This document shows positions 8,937 through 18,169 of a stretch of 51,000 bases of DNA, piece by piece; position 1 is the first letter of the stretch, and each line of letters begins with the position of its first letter. The DNA is from an uncultured Gaiellales bacterium (lineage in GTDB: Bacteria > Actinomycetota > Thermoleophilia > Gaiellales > Gaiellaceae), in assembly GCA_964623875.1 (NCBI GenBank), contig CAZUVW010000002.1, forward strand, positions 1 to 51,000, read 5' to 3'. The position numbers and the translations under genes were made by a program. A model generated the notes under the pieces. That model searched no databases. It was not told the DNA's origin and saw only the letters and a list, made by a program, of their open reading frames with translations.

Positions 8937-9730
8937 GACGACGAGCCGCGGGGCCAGGGGACGCGCACCGGGTCGATCGCCGTGGCGCGACCTGTCTCCG
9001 GGTCGCACGTCACGAGCGCCCCTTCGAGCCGCACGCCACCTGCCGCGGTGGTGAAGCGGACGGGCATCCCGGTGCGCATGCGGCGGATCGCGAGGTCCCG
9101 CTCGACCCCGAGCACCGAGTCGTGCGGGCCGGTCATGCCGAGATCGGTCATCGCGGCCGTTCCCCCCGGCAGCACCCGCGCGTCCGACGTCTGGACGTGG
9201 GTGTGCGTCCCGACCACGGCGGTGACACGTCCCTCGAGCCAGTACGCGAGCGCGATCTTCTCGCTCGTCGCCTCCGCGTGGACGTCCACGACGACGAGCG
9301 GCGTGTGCGTGCGGGCCTCCTCGACGAGGCCGTCGATCACCTCCCACATGCTGCGGGACGGGTCGAGGGTGAGCGAGCCGAGCACGTTCACCACCGCGAC
9401 GGGCGGGCCGGCGGCCGTCGGGACGATCGCGAGCCCCCGTCCAGGTGCCCCCGCCGCCATGTTCGCGGGCCGAACGACGCGCTCGGAGGCCTCGAGGTAG
9501 GCGGCGATCCCCTCGCGCCGCCACGTGTGGTTGCCGAGCGTGATCGCGTCCGCGCCGGCGGCGAGCAGCCGCTCGGCGAGCCTCGCGGTGATCCCGATCC
9601 CGTCGGCGACGTTCTCCCCGTTGAGGATGCAGGCGTCGACGGCGAGCTCGGCGCGCAGCGCCGGCAGCAGTCCCTCGACCGCGTCGCGGCCGGGACGGCC
9701 GACGACGTCTCCCACGACGAGGATCCGCAT
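8933..9730 (-). CDS. ymdB: YmdB-family metallophosphoesterase (2',3'-cyclic nucleotide phosphodiesterase)
   Basis: GDVVGRPG, NGEN, TLGNH, DVHAEATSEK, GTHTHVQT, DLGMTGP. Confidence 0.95.
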   Translation of the reverse strand: MRILVVGDVVGRPGRDAVEGLLPALRAELAVDACILNGENVADGIGITARLAERLLAAGADAITLGNHTWRREGIAAYLEASERVVRPANMAAGAPGRGLAIVPTAAGPPVAVVNVLGSLTLDPSRSMWEVIDGLVEEARTHTPLVVVDVHAEATSEKIALAYWLEGRVTAVVGTHTHVQTSDARVLPGGTAAMTDLGMTGPHDSVLGVERDLAIRRMRTGMPVRFTTAAGGVRLEGALVTCDPETGRATAIDPVRVPWPRGSSS

Positions 9731-10501
9731 CTACGGCAGCGCGCTCGGCGACGGGTAGACGGCGATCGAGACGTTGTTCCCGTCGTCGCGTGCGTGACGG
9801 GCGAGCGCCTGGCGCTCCACCGCCGCGACGTTCGCGGTCGTCCCGAGCTTCGAGGTCGATGCGAGCACCGGTGTGCCGACGGCGAGGGACGGGTCGGGTC
9901 GGACGTTGGAGATCGAGACGGTCATCGACGGCGTCAGCGTCGGGCGGATGTCGATCCGAGCGCCGATCTGCCGACCGTCGATCACGAGGTCGGCGATCGC
10001 GGTGACGGTGCCGTCGACGGGGGAGTAGACGTCGGTTCCCTCCGTCGCGCCGACGTCGAGCACGTCCGTGCCGGCGGCCCCCTCGAGCTGGTACCAGCGG
10101 GGGCCGTCGGTGCGCGCCCCCGCGATGCGGCGCCAGAGGCGCGCGAGCAGGCCCTCGTTCGCCTGGCGGCCGAGCGGCTGGAGCTCGAGCGAGCCGTCGT
10201 TCGCGCCGTGGTAGCCGATCGCGGTGACCGAGGCGGCGGGCACCGGCAGCCGCAGCAGGAGGTTGCCGATCTTCGCGAGCGGCTCGGGGCGCGGCCGGAT
10301 CGCGCCGGTCGCCGTCACCTCCGGCTCGAGCGGCGTCACCGCCCGCGGTGAGGAGCTGCTGCTGCCGAACGCCGTCAGCAGCAGCGTGACGACGCCGAGC
10401 GCGGCGAGGATCGCGAGCACGGCGATGCGACGCGCGCGCAGCTGCTCGCGTCGTCGTCGGGCGCGGATCCGGGCCGCATGCCGTGAGCGCGCCGAGGCCA
10501 T
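9731..10501 (-). CDS. Membrane-anchored M23-peptidase-like protein with degenerate metal site
   Basis: Arg-rich N-terminus plus TM helix. LDVGATEGTDVYSPVDGTV and L.VG..V...LG are M23-like, but the His ligands are absent. Confidence 0.65.
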   Translation of the reverse strand: MASARSRHAARIRARRRREQLRARRIAVLAILAALGVVTLLLTAFGSSSSSPRAVTPLEPEVTATGAIRPRPEPLAKIGNLLLRLPVPAASVTAIGYHGANDGSLELQPLGRQANEGLLARLWRRIAGARTDGPRWYQLEGAAGTDVLDVGATEGTDVYSPVDGTVTAIADLVIDGRQIGARIDIRPTLTPSMTVSISNVRPDPSLAVGTPVLASTSKLGTTANVAAVERQALARHARDDGNNVSIAVYPSPSALP

Positions 10502-10585
10502 GGTGGCGCCACGGTACCGCACGCCTCCCCGGATCTTCACCTCCGAGCACGTGACGCGCGGAGGGTCGGGGCTACCATCCCGCGC

Positions 10586-11815
10586 ATGAGCGAGCCCGCG
10601 ACGACGATCCGGGTACCGCGCTGGATCCAGCTCGTCGGCCTGCCCGTGCTGGCGCTGCTCGCCTTCCTGCTGGCGCGAACGATGGGCCACGCGCTCTTCC
10701 TCTTCCTCACGGCCTCGGTGATCGCCTTCACCCTCCACCCCCTCGTCCGTGACCTCTCGCGGCTGCGGCTCCCGCGAGGTCTCGGCGTCGCGATCGTCTA
10801 CACGGTGTTCACGACCGCGGTCGTGGCCGGGCTGGTGCTGCTCGGGACGATCGTCGTCGACCAGGTCCGGACGTCCGCCGATCGGGTCGACGCGTACCTG
10901 ACCGAGGAGGACGCCGCGGGCCAGACCGGCGCTCAGCACGACATCGACCGACTCCAGGCGTGGCTCGACGACCACGGCCTCGAGCAGGTGCGGGTCGAGG
11001 AGCAGCTCGACGACGCGGTGGCGAACCTCGGGGCAGGCGAGATCTCCGGCTACGTCCAGGATGCGATCTCGTTCGCGCAGGGCGCCGCGCTGTCGGTCGT
11101 GATCCTCCTCTTCTCGGTGATCCTGATCGTGGTCATCTCGATCTACATGCTGCTCGACATGCCCCGCCTGGAGCGAACGATCGACGGGCGCTTCCCCCCG
11201 CACGGCGGCCCGCCGCTCACGCAGCGCATCGAGAGCGCGCTGTGGGGCTACGTCAAGGGCCAGCTGATCCTCTCGACCGTGATCGGGACGAGCGCCGGGG
11301 TCGGGATGTGGATCCTCGGCGAGACCGGTCTCGTCGAGGGCGCCCAGCGCTACGCGCTGCTCTTCGGCGTGTGGACGGCGTTCGTCGAGGTGATCCCGTA
11401 CATCGGCCCCTGGCTGTCCGCGGTTCCACCCGCCATCTACGCACTCGTCGTCGACCCGATCGGGTTCCTCTGGGTCGCGGCGCTCTTCGTGTTCATCTAC
11501 CAGGTCGAGGGGCACATCGTGGTCCCGAACGTGATGGCCAACGCGCTCCGCCTGCACCCGCTGCTCGTGATCTTCGGGCTGCTCGCGGGGGGCGAGCTGT
11601 ACGGGATCGCCGGCGTGCTCGTCGCCCTGCCGACCATGGCGGCCGGCCGGGCGATCTGGGAGTTCTTCCGCGAGCGCGTCGCGCTCGAGCCCTGGGAGCC
11701 GGGCGACCACGTGCCGGTCGAGGTGGAGCTCGAGCCGCCCGGGGACGTCGGCACCCACCCGCCCGTCGACCTCGTCGACGACCCTCCGACGCGCGCGCCG
11801 AGCGGCGTCAGCTGA
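10586..11815 (+). CDS. AI-2E family transporter (PerM/TqsA-like)
   Basis: IAF.L.PLV, GYVKGQL, IPYIGP, QVEGHIVVP.VM...L.LHP, G..G...A.P. Confidence 0.93.
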   Translation: MSEPATTIRVPRWIQLVGLPVLALLAFLLARTMGHALFLFLTASVIAFTLHPLVRDLSRLRLPRGLGVAIVYTVFTTAVVAGLVLLGTIVVDQVRTSADRVDAYLTEEDAAGQTGAQHDIDRLQAWLDDHGLEQVRVEEQLDDAVANLGAGEISGYVQDAISFAQGAALSVVILLFSVILIVVISIYMLLDMPRLERTIDGRFPPHGGPPLTQRIESALWGYVKGQLILSTVIGTSAGVGMWILGETGLVEGAQRYALLFGVWTAFVEVIPYIGPWLSAVPPAIYALVVDPIGFLWVAALFVFIYQVEGHIVVPNVMANALRLHPLLVIFGLLAGGELYGIAGVLVALPTMAAGRAIWEFFRERVALEPWEPGDHVPVEVELEPPGDVGTHPPVDLVDDPPTRAPSGVS

Positions 11816-12356
11816 GGGCGACGGCCTCCTCGAGCCAGGCGCGCGCCTCGGCGTCGAGCAGCTTGAGGCCCTCCGCGCGCGCGTGCCGGTGTCTGGCGGA
11901 GTCCGAGCCCCACGCGTAGAGGAGGCAGATCTCGGGTCGGAGCACCGGGATGCCCGAGACGACCGTGCCGATCCCGGCGAGCGCGCGGCGAATGCGCGGA
12001 TCGCGGCGGTACACCCAGTCGTCTCCCGCGGTCGTCTCGAGCTTGACGTCCAGCACCCACGGCCCGTCCGGTGTGGGCCGCGCCCACAAGGCGTGCGCCT
12101 CGTCGGGCACGGCGCCGCCGTGCCACGCCTCCAGCGAGCCCCGGTGTGCGACGACGATCTCCCACGCCGCGAGATGGCGTGCGAGCAGCGACGCGTCCGC
12201 GCGGAGGATGGCGACGTCCGCGTCGCCGTGGGCTCCGGTCTGGAAGCCGAGCGAGAGGTCGAGCGCCCAGCCGCCGGCGATCCACCAGGGGATCGTCAGG
12301 CCGCCGAGGATCGCCGCCGTCTCGACCGGCTCGGTGGCTCGCCAGTGCGGCTCCAT
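11808..12356 (-). CDS. Nucleotidyltransferase domain protein (ANT(2'')/LnuA-like fold)
   Basis: [11 protein letters not shown]...G.Q...H.D.D motif; W..RRD; G(I/V)PVL.PE..LLY. Confidence 0.8.
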   Translation of the reverse strand: MEPHWRATEPVETAAILGGLTIPWWIAGGWALDLSLGFQTGAHGDADVAILRADASLLARHLAAWEIVVAHRGSLEAWHGGAVPDEAHALWARPTPDGPWVLDVKLETTAGDDWVYRRDPRIRRALAGIGTVVSGIPVLRPEICLLYAWGSDSARHRHARAEGLKLLDAEARAWLEEAVALS

Positions 12357-12384
12357 GCGTGCAGTGTCGCGTACGCTGGACGCC

Positions 12385-13338
12385 GTGTCCCACCCCGCGA
12401 GCCGTCCCCGCAGGCTTCGACGGACCGAGACGATCCGGTCGCTCGTGCGCGAGACCCGTCTGACGCCGGAGGCGCTCGTCGCGCCGCTCTTCGCCTGCCC
12501 GGGAGAGGGAGTCGTGCGACCGGTCACGGGCCTGCCCGGGATCGCCCAGCGCTCGGTCGACGAGCTCGTCGCCGAGACGCGTGCGCTCGCCGAGCTGGGC
12601 GTCCGCGCCGTGCTGCTCTTCGGGATCCCCGAGACGAAGGACGACGAGGGATCCGGTGCGTGGGCGGACGACGGGATCGTGCAGCGGGCGGTGCGCGCGA
12701 TCCGCGCCGAGGTGCCCGAGCTGACGCTCGTGACCGACGTCTGCCTCTGCGAGTACACGAGCCACGGCCACTGTGGTGTCGTCCGCGACGGCCACGTCGT
12801 GAACGACGAGACGCTGCCGCTGCTCGCGCGCACGGCCGCCAGCCACGTCACGGCGGGCGCCGACGTCGTCGCTCCGAGCGACATGATGGACGGACGGGTC
12901 GGCGCGATCCGCGCCGTCCTGCCCGAGACGCCGATCGTCGCCTACGCGGCGAAGTACGCCTCGGCCTTCTACGGGCCGTTCCGCGAGGTGGCCGACTCGA
13001 CCCCGGCCTTCGGCGACCGCCGCGGATACCAGATGGATCCCGCGAACGTCCGGGAGGCGCTGCGCGAGTGCGCCTTGGACGTGGAGCAGGGCGCCGACGT
13101 CCTGATGGTGAAGCCTGCGCTGCCCTACCTCGACGTGATCCGCGCCGTCCGGGAGCGGTTCGACGTCCCGGTGTGGGCGTATCAGGTCTCGGGCGAGTAC
13201 GCGATGGTGCGCGCTGCCGCTGCCGCGGGGCACCTCGACGAGCGCGCCGCGGCCCTGGAGTCGCTCACGGCGATCCTGCGGGCGGGGGCCGGCACGGTCG
13301 TCACGTACTGGGCGAAGGACGTGGCGAGATGGCTCTGA
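12385..13338 (+). CDS. hemB: Porphobilinogen synthase (Zn type)
   Basis: [46 protein letters not shown]. Confidence 0.97.
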   Translation: MSHPASRPRRLRRTETIRSLVRETRLTPEALVAPLFACPGEGVVRPVTGLPGIAQRSVDELVAETRALAELGVRAVLLFGIPETKDDEGSGAWADDGIVQRAVRAIRAEVPELTLVTDVCLCEYTSHGHCGVVRDGHVVNDETLPLLARTAASHVTAGADVVAPSDMMDGRVGAIRAVLPETPIVAYAAKYASAFYGPFREVADSTPAFGDRRGYQMDPANVREALRECALDVEQGADVLMVKPALPYLDVIRAVRERFDVPVWAYQVSGEYAMVRAAAAAGHLDERAAALESLTAILRAGAGTVVTYWAKDVARWL

Positions 13339-13539
13339 GGCGTGCGCTGGGCCGGGCGGGGCAAGCCCCGCCCCTACGGGCGAAGGACGTGGCGAGATGG
13401 CTCTGAGGTGTGCGCTGGGCCGGGCGGGGCAAGCCCCGCCCCTACGGGCGAAGGGCGTGGCGAGATGGCTCTGAGGCGTGCGCTCGGCCGGGCGGGGCAA
13501 GCCCCGCCCCTACGGGCGAAGGGCGTGGCGAGGTGGCTC
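13310..13539 (+). repeat. Tandem repeat of 3.4 x 68 bp: last hemB codons plus REP hairpin
   Basis: Units start at 13310, 13378, 13446 and 13514 (partial). Each full unit has GGGCGGGGC-AA-GCCCCGCCC-CTAC. Confidence 0.95.
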
Positions 13540-13541
13540 GC

Positions 13542-14801
13542 GTGACCGGGCCGCCCTCCGAGCTCTGGCGGCAGGCGACGCGCCTCATCCCGGGCGGGGT
13601 CAACTCGCCCGTGCGCGCCATGCGCGCCGTGGGCCTCGACGAGCCGGTGTTCATGCGCCGCGGCGAAGGCGCCTGGGTCGAGGACGTCGGCGGTCGTCGC
13701 TACGTCGACTGGGTGCAGTCCTGGGGTCCGCTGATCTTCGGCCACGCCGACCCCGAGACCGTCGCGGCGGTCGAGGAGGCGGCGCGACGGGGCACGACCT
13801 TCGGCGCCCCGACGGCGGCCGAGGTCGAGCTCGCGCAGGAGATCGTCGACGCCGTGCCGTCGATCGAGATGGTGCGCATGGTCAGCTCGGGGACCGAGGC
13901 GTCGATGAGCGCGCTGCGGCTCGCGCGCGGGGCGACCCGCCGTGACCGCGTGATCAAGTTCGCCGGCTGCTACCACGGCCACGTCGACGCGCTGCTCGCA
14001 AGCGCTGGCTCCGGGGTGATGACGCTCGGCATCCCATCGACCCCCGGCGTCACCTCCGGCGTGGCCGCCGACACGATCGTCGTGCCCTTCAACGACGTCG
14101 ACGCCGTCGCGGCTGCCTGCGAGCGCTACGGGGAGGGGCTGGCTGCGATCCTCGTCGAGCCGATCGCCGGGAACATGGGCTGCGTCCCGCCCGCGCCCGG
14201 GTACCTCGAGGCGCTCCGCTCGCTCGCCGACGCGACCGGCGCGCTGCTCGTGTTCGACGAGGTGATGACCGGCTTCCGAGTCGCCCGCGGGGGCGCGCAG
14301 GAGCTCTACGGCGTCACGCCCGACCTGACGATCCTCGGCAAGATCGTCGGCGGCGGCCTCCCGGCAGCGGCGTTCGGCGGGCGCACCGAGCTGATGGAGC
14401 GGCTCGCTCCGGTCGGCGACGTGTACCAGGCCGGGACGCTGTCGGGGAACCCGCTCGCGACCGCGGCCGGTGCGTCCGTCCTGCGGCGGCTGCGCGACCC
14501 GGCCGTGTACGCGCGGCTGGAAGCGGCGGGCGCGCGCCTCGAGGCGGGGCTCGCCCCGTTCGGGACCGTGCAGCGGGTGGGCGCGATGCTGACGCTGTTC
14601 TGCCGGGACGGAGCGGTGCGCGACTTCGAGGACGCCGCGGCGAGCGACACGGAGCGCTTCGGGGCGCTCTGGCGGCACCTGCTCGACGCGGGCGTCTACC
14701 TCCCGCCGTCCCAGTTCGAGTGCCTGTTCGTCTCGACCGCGCATGGTGACGCGGAGATCGACGCGACCATCGAGGCGGTGCGCTCGTTCTTCGAGGCCTG
14801 A
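13542..14801 (+). CDS. hemL: Glutamate-1-semialdehyde 2,1-aminomutase
   Basis: IPGGVNSPVRA, SSGTEA, GCYHGH, FDEVMTGFR, LGKIVGGGLP, YQAGTLSGNP. Confidence 0.97.
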   Translation: MTGPPSELWRQATRLIPGGVNSPVRAMRAVGLDEPVFMRRGEGAWVEDVGGRRYVDWVQSWGPLIFGHADPETVAAVEEAARRGTTFGAPTAAEVELAQEIVDAVPSIEMVRMVSSGTEASMSALRLARGATRRDRVIKFAGCYHGHVDALLASAGSGVMTLGIPSTPGVTSGVAADTIVVPFNDVDAVAAACERYGEGLAAILVEPIAGNMGCVPPAPGYLEALRSLADATGALLVFDEVMTGFRVARGGAQELYGVTPDLTILGKIVGGGLPAAAFGGRTELMERLAPVGDVYQAGTLSGNPLATAAGASVLRRLRDPAVYARLEAAGARLEAGLAPFGTVQRVGAMLTLFCRDGAVRDFEDAAASDTERFGALWRHLLDAGVYLPPSQFECLFVSTAHGDAEIDATIEAVRSFFEA

Positions 14802-15331
14802 TGGGCGCGGGGCTGTTCGACACGATCGCCGACGGCGCGACCGCCGAGAGCCCGCTCTGGGCGGAGGCGCTCCGGCCTGCGGGCGAACGCGACGCGACGC
14901 CGGTCTTCTCGCGCCTCGTCCCGGACACCGAGCTGCACCTCGGGGTCGAGACGATCTACGAGGGCTACCTGCTCCACTACGGTCGCTCGCGGCTGTTCGA
15001 CCCCGCCGACGACGACATCGCGCTGCTGCTCGGCGACACGCTGCTCGCGCACGGGCTGGTGCGGATCGCGGAGACGGGCAATGTGGCGGCGGTGGCGGAT
15101 CTCGCCGACCTCCTCTCGCTCTGCGGCCAGGCGCGGGCGGAAGGTCGCCCGGGCGACGGCGTCGCGTGGGCCGCGACGGCTGCCCGGCTCGGTCTCGGAG
15201 GGCTCGACGACGCGCGGGACGCGCTCCGCCTGAACGCCGACCCGGATCCGCTCGAGGCCGTCGCGAGAGTCTCGGCCGAGCCGTCCGAGGTCGACGCTGC
15301 CCTGGCCGCGCACGCCGAGCGCGTCCTGTAG
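14801..15331 (+). CDS. Hypothetical protein resembling a catalytically dead trans-prenyltransferase (component I-like)
   Basis: VETIYEGYLLHYG and ALLLGDTLLAHGL resemble prenyl-synthase helices without DDxxD. TGATG overlap with hemL. Confidence 0.7.
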   Translation: MGAGLFDTIADGATAESPLWAEALRPAGERDATPVFSRLVPDTELHLGVETIYEGYLLHYGRSRLFDPADDDIALLLGDTLLAHGLVRIAETGNVAAVADLADLLSLCGQARAEGRPGDGVAWAATAARLGLGGLDDARDALRLNADPDPLEAVARVSAEPSEVDAALAAHAERVL

Positions 15332-15342
15332 CATCGCGCCCG

Positions 15343-15510
15343 ATGACCGCCGCGCTCTGGTTCGTCGCCAACGCCGCCGAGGAAGGACGGAACGTCGTCC
15401 TCTCGATGCTCGTCGTGGGGCTGATCTTCCTCGCGGTGATCGCGCTCGGCGAGGCAGCGCACGCCGTCGCCGCGCGCCGCAAGGCCGAGAAGGCCGACCG
15501 TCCCCTGTAG
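15343..15510 (+). CDS. Small single-pass membrane protein (55 aa)
   Basis: One TM helix plus basic tail; TAGCAT -10 just upstream; host-like codon usage. Confidence 0.65.
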   Translation: MTAALWFVANAAEEGRNVVLSMLVVGLIFLAVIALGEAAHAVAARRKAEKADRPL

Positions 15511-15577
15511 GAGCGGGGCCTGGCTCGGCCGCTCTTCGCCGTTCCGCCGCTGTCCGCTCGGCCTCGCCGCCCCGTCG

Positions 15578-17176
15578 TCAGCCTCTCGGGCAGAGCATGA
15601 CCAGGTTGAGCCCCGCCCACGGCGCGGACGTCATCGGGCAGCGCACGTTCGCGGACAGGAACTCACGGACGGTCGAGTTGCCCGTGACGACGAACGGCGC
15701 CTCGCGGGTGATGTCTCGATCGAGCTGCGCGTACGCCGCTTCCCGTGCCTTCCCACGGAGCAGCGCCGCCTGCTCCATCCGCCGGTTGAAGACGGGGTCG
15801 TTCCAGTAGGCGGTGTTGATGTTGTTCGACTCCTGGATCGTCTTGCCCGACAGCAGCACGTTGACGAAGTCGTACGGGTCGGGGTAGTCGGCGAACCACC
15901 CGATCACGTTGATGTCGAACGGCTCGCCGCGTCGACCGGTCTTGGTGACGTGGACGCTGAACTCCCACTCCTTCACCTGGACGTCGATGCCGACGCGCTT
16001 GAGGTTCGCGCGGACGATCTGCGAGACCGCGCGCGAGTTCGGGTCGTTGGGCGTGTACAGCACCACCTTGCCCGTCCTGCCCGCGAGCAGCTGCTTGGCC
16101 TTCTCGAGGTTCGGCGTGTTCGGGAAGATCGTGATGTCGCGATAGCCGGGGATGCCCGGCGGCAGGATCTGGTCGTTCGGCTTGCCGCCGTAGGCTCCGA
16201 CCACGCGGGTGATCGCGCTGCGGTCGAGCGCGTACGCGACCGCCTGCCGGTTCGCGCGGTTCGAGAAGAACGGGCGCGACGTGTTGAGCGCGAGGTACTG
16301 GATCGTCGGCAGCACGGTGACGAAGTACCGGCCGCGGTTCACGCCGAACTCCTTGCCGAGCGCGGAGTTCGCAGGCCCGGGCAGGCCGCCGAGGTCGAGA
16401 TCGACCTCACCGCGCCGCACCTGCAGCAGGGAGGCGTTGACCTCGGTGCCGAGCACGACGCGCACCTCGTCCCAGCGCTGCAGCCGCTTGCCCGTGTAGT
16501 ACGGGTTCTGGCGCAGCACCATCCCACGGCCGGGGTCGACCGACGTGACCGTGTACGGACCCGAGCCGGAGACGAAGCTGACGCCCTTGGCCGTGACCGG
16601 CGTGTCCGGGGGCGTCGCGCAGAAGAAGTTGAGCGCGATCCGGTAGAGGAAGTCGGGCGCCGGCCGCTGCAGCGTGAACGCGATGGTGTTCCCGCGCACC
16701 TTCATCCCGGCTGGTCGCGTCGCCTTCCCGTCGAGGACCGCCTTCGCCCCGATCAGGTCGGAGAGGAAGAGCCCACCGAACGCCTGCTGCTTCGGAGCGA
16801 GCGAGCGCTCGACCGCGCGCGCGAAGCTCTCCGGCGTGATCGCGCGACCGTCCGCGTAGCGGAGCCCCGGACGCAGCGTGAAGCTGTACGTGCGGCCATC
16901 GCGACTCACCCGTGGCGGGAAGCTCGCCTCCGGCACGAGCTGCGAGCCGGCCACGCCACCCTTGTCGGGGTAGTTCATGAGCTTCAGGCAGGTCATGTTC
17001 GAGAGGCGCCAGGTGACGAAGTCGTAGCCGAGCGCTGGATCGAAGGTCTCGAGGCTGTAGTCGGAGACGTTGAGTCGCAGGATGCGCTCGGCGCTTCCCG
17101 ACCCGAGCGCGGTCGCGCCGGCCCCCGCGAGCATCGCGAGTCCGGAGAGAAAGAGGAGGGCCGCCAGTCGCCGCAC
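15578..17176 (-). CDS. Family 5 (OppA/DppA-like) ABC substrate-binding protein
   Basis: TFDPA, VSRDGRTYSFTLRPGLRYADG, GSGPY, RQAVAYALDR, GWFADYPDP. Confidence 0.92.
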   Translation of the reverse strand: MRRLAALLFLSGLAMLAGAGATALGSGSAERILRLNVSDYSLETFDPALGYDFVTWRLSNMTCLKLMNYPDKGGVAGSQLVPEASFPPRVSRDGRTYSFTLRPGLRYADGRAITPESFARAVERSLAPKQQAFGGLFLSDLIGAKAVLDGKATRPAGMKVRGNTIAFTLQRPAPDFLYRIALNFFCATPPDTPVTAKGVSFVSGSGPYTVTSVDPGRGMVLRQNPYYTGKRLQRWDEVRVVLGTEVNASLLQVRRGEVDLDLGGLPGPANSALGKEFGVNRGRYFVTVLPTIQYLALNTSRPFFSNRANRQAVAYALDRSAITRVVGAYGGKPNDQILPPGIPGYRDITIFPNTPNLEKAKQLLAGRTGKVVLYTPNDPNSRAVSQIVRANLKRVGIDVQVKEWEFSVHVTKTGRRGEPFDINVIGWFADYPDPYDFVNVLLSGKTIQESNNINTAYWNDPVFNRRMEQAALLRGKAREAAYAQLDRDITREAPFVVTGNSTVREFLSANVRCPMTSAPWAGLNLVMLCPRG

Positions 17177-17210
17177 GATGACCTCGCTTCGTCGCTGAGA
17201 ACGGGGCGAG

Positions 17211-17239
17211 ACGATGACTCATGTCCTCGTTCGTGTCAA
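17211..17239 (-). promoter_or_regulatory. Sigma70-type promoter for the substrate-binding protein gene
   Basis: TTGACA-N17-CATCGT on the minus strand, with GAGGT RBS before the GTG. Confidence 0.55.
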
Positions 17240-17319
17240 GTGTGTCGAAGTGGTGGAGTCAGGCGGTCGCGCGGGAGGCGCTGCCGACAGACGATTGCGC
17301 CACGTCGTCGTCGGACGCG

Positions 17320-17754
17320 TCAGGCGGAGCCGAGCCCGATGATCGGGAAGCCCTCACGTGAGGCGGCGAGCGCGAGGCGCTCGTCGAGGGTGACGAAGGG
17401 CAGCGTGCCGGGATCGCCGTCCGCGGCCACGCGCGCGGCGGCGAGCTGGAAGGCGTCTGCCGCGCGCAGGTCGTGGACGCGGACGAGACGGCGGGCGTCG
17501 TCGCGAACCTGCTCGGTCGGCGGCACCTCCAGCCACTCGCGTGCCAGACGCTGCAGAGTCTGGACCGACACTGCCGCCCCGTCCGGGTCGAGCGCACCGC
17601 TGCGCTCGCGGCGTCCGAGGGCCGACGCGCACTCGACGAGCGTCCCCCACCAGGTCGTGATCGTCGTGCCGGTCGCCGCGCGGTGCCGGAGCTCGGCCGA
17701 CGGCGGCTCCTCGACCAGGAGTGGAACGAGCGCGGAGGCGTCCCAGAAGCTCAC
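17320..17754 (-). CDS. vapC: PIN-domain toxin (VapC family)
   Basis: FWDASALVPL..EE, E..SAL.R, LRAADAFQLAAA, FVTLDERL..AA..EG. Confidence 0.92.
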   Translation of the reverse strand: MSFWDASALVPLLVEEPPSAELRHRAATGTTITTWWGTLVECASALGRRERSGALDPDGAAVSVQTLQRLAREWLEVPPTEQVRDDARRLVRVHDLRAADAFQLAAARVAADGDPGTLPFVTLDERLALAASREGFPIIGLGSA

Positions 17755-18050
17755 CAGGGGCTCGTGCGACGCTCTTCGAGCAAGGCCTCGAGCACGCTCT
17801 CCCGGCTCTTCGGCAGCGGCTGGTCGAGGATCCAGCGCATGTCGGACGTCTGCTTCGGCCGCCGGATCAGCCCGCGCCGCTCGAGGCTCTCGAGCCTCGC
17901 GTCCCAGTCGACCTCGCCTCCGCCGTTGAGCGGCACGAGTCGCGCGACGGGCTGCCCGCGATCGGTGATCGTGATCGTCTCGCCGGCTTTGACCCGGTCG
18001 AGCAGGGCGGAGAGCTTCGCCTTCGCCTCCGAGATGGACGCGGTCGCCAT
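17751..18050 (-). CDS. Phd/YefM-family antitoxin
   Basis: SISEAKAKLSALLDRVKAGETITITDRGQPVARLVP. GTGA overlap with the toxin. Confidence 0.92.
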   Translation of the reverse strand: MATASISEAKAKLSALLDRVKAGETITITDRGQPVARLVPLNGGGEVDWDARLESLERRGLIRRPKQTSDMRWILDQPLPKSRESVLEALLEERRTSPW

Positions 18051-18052
18051 AT

Positions 18053-18088
18053 GACCATGATAGTCGGTTTGCTGTGACCATCAAGGTC
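18053..18088. promoter_or_regulatory. Probable toxin-antitoxin operator (two palindromes) overlapping the -10
   Basis: GACCATGATAGTC (18053-18065) and GACCATCAAGGTC (18076-18088). TATCAT -10 lies 6 nt before the antitoxin ATG. Confidence 0.6.
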
Positions 18089-18169
18089 GTCTAGAGCCGT
18101 GTCCCCAGGCGACCAGTGCGACCTTGGACAACGCCGACACGGAGACGGCTCCCTAGACTGACCTGAGGA

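Noticed and set aside
11808-12356. Acquired aminoglycoside or lincosamide resistance gene
   Set aside because: Only the generic nucleotidyltransferase motif is visible, composition is host-like and there is no mobile context.
13310-13539. CRISPR array
   Set aside because: Units are near-identical along their whole 68 bp with no unique spacers, no cas genes are present, and the unit includes hemB coding sequence.
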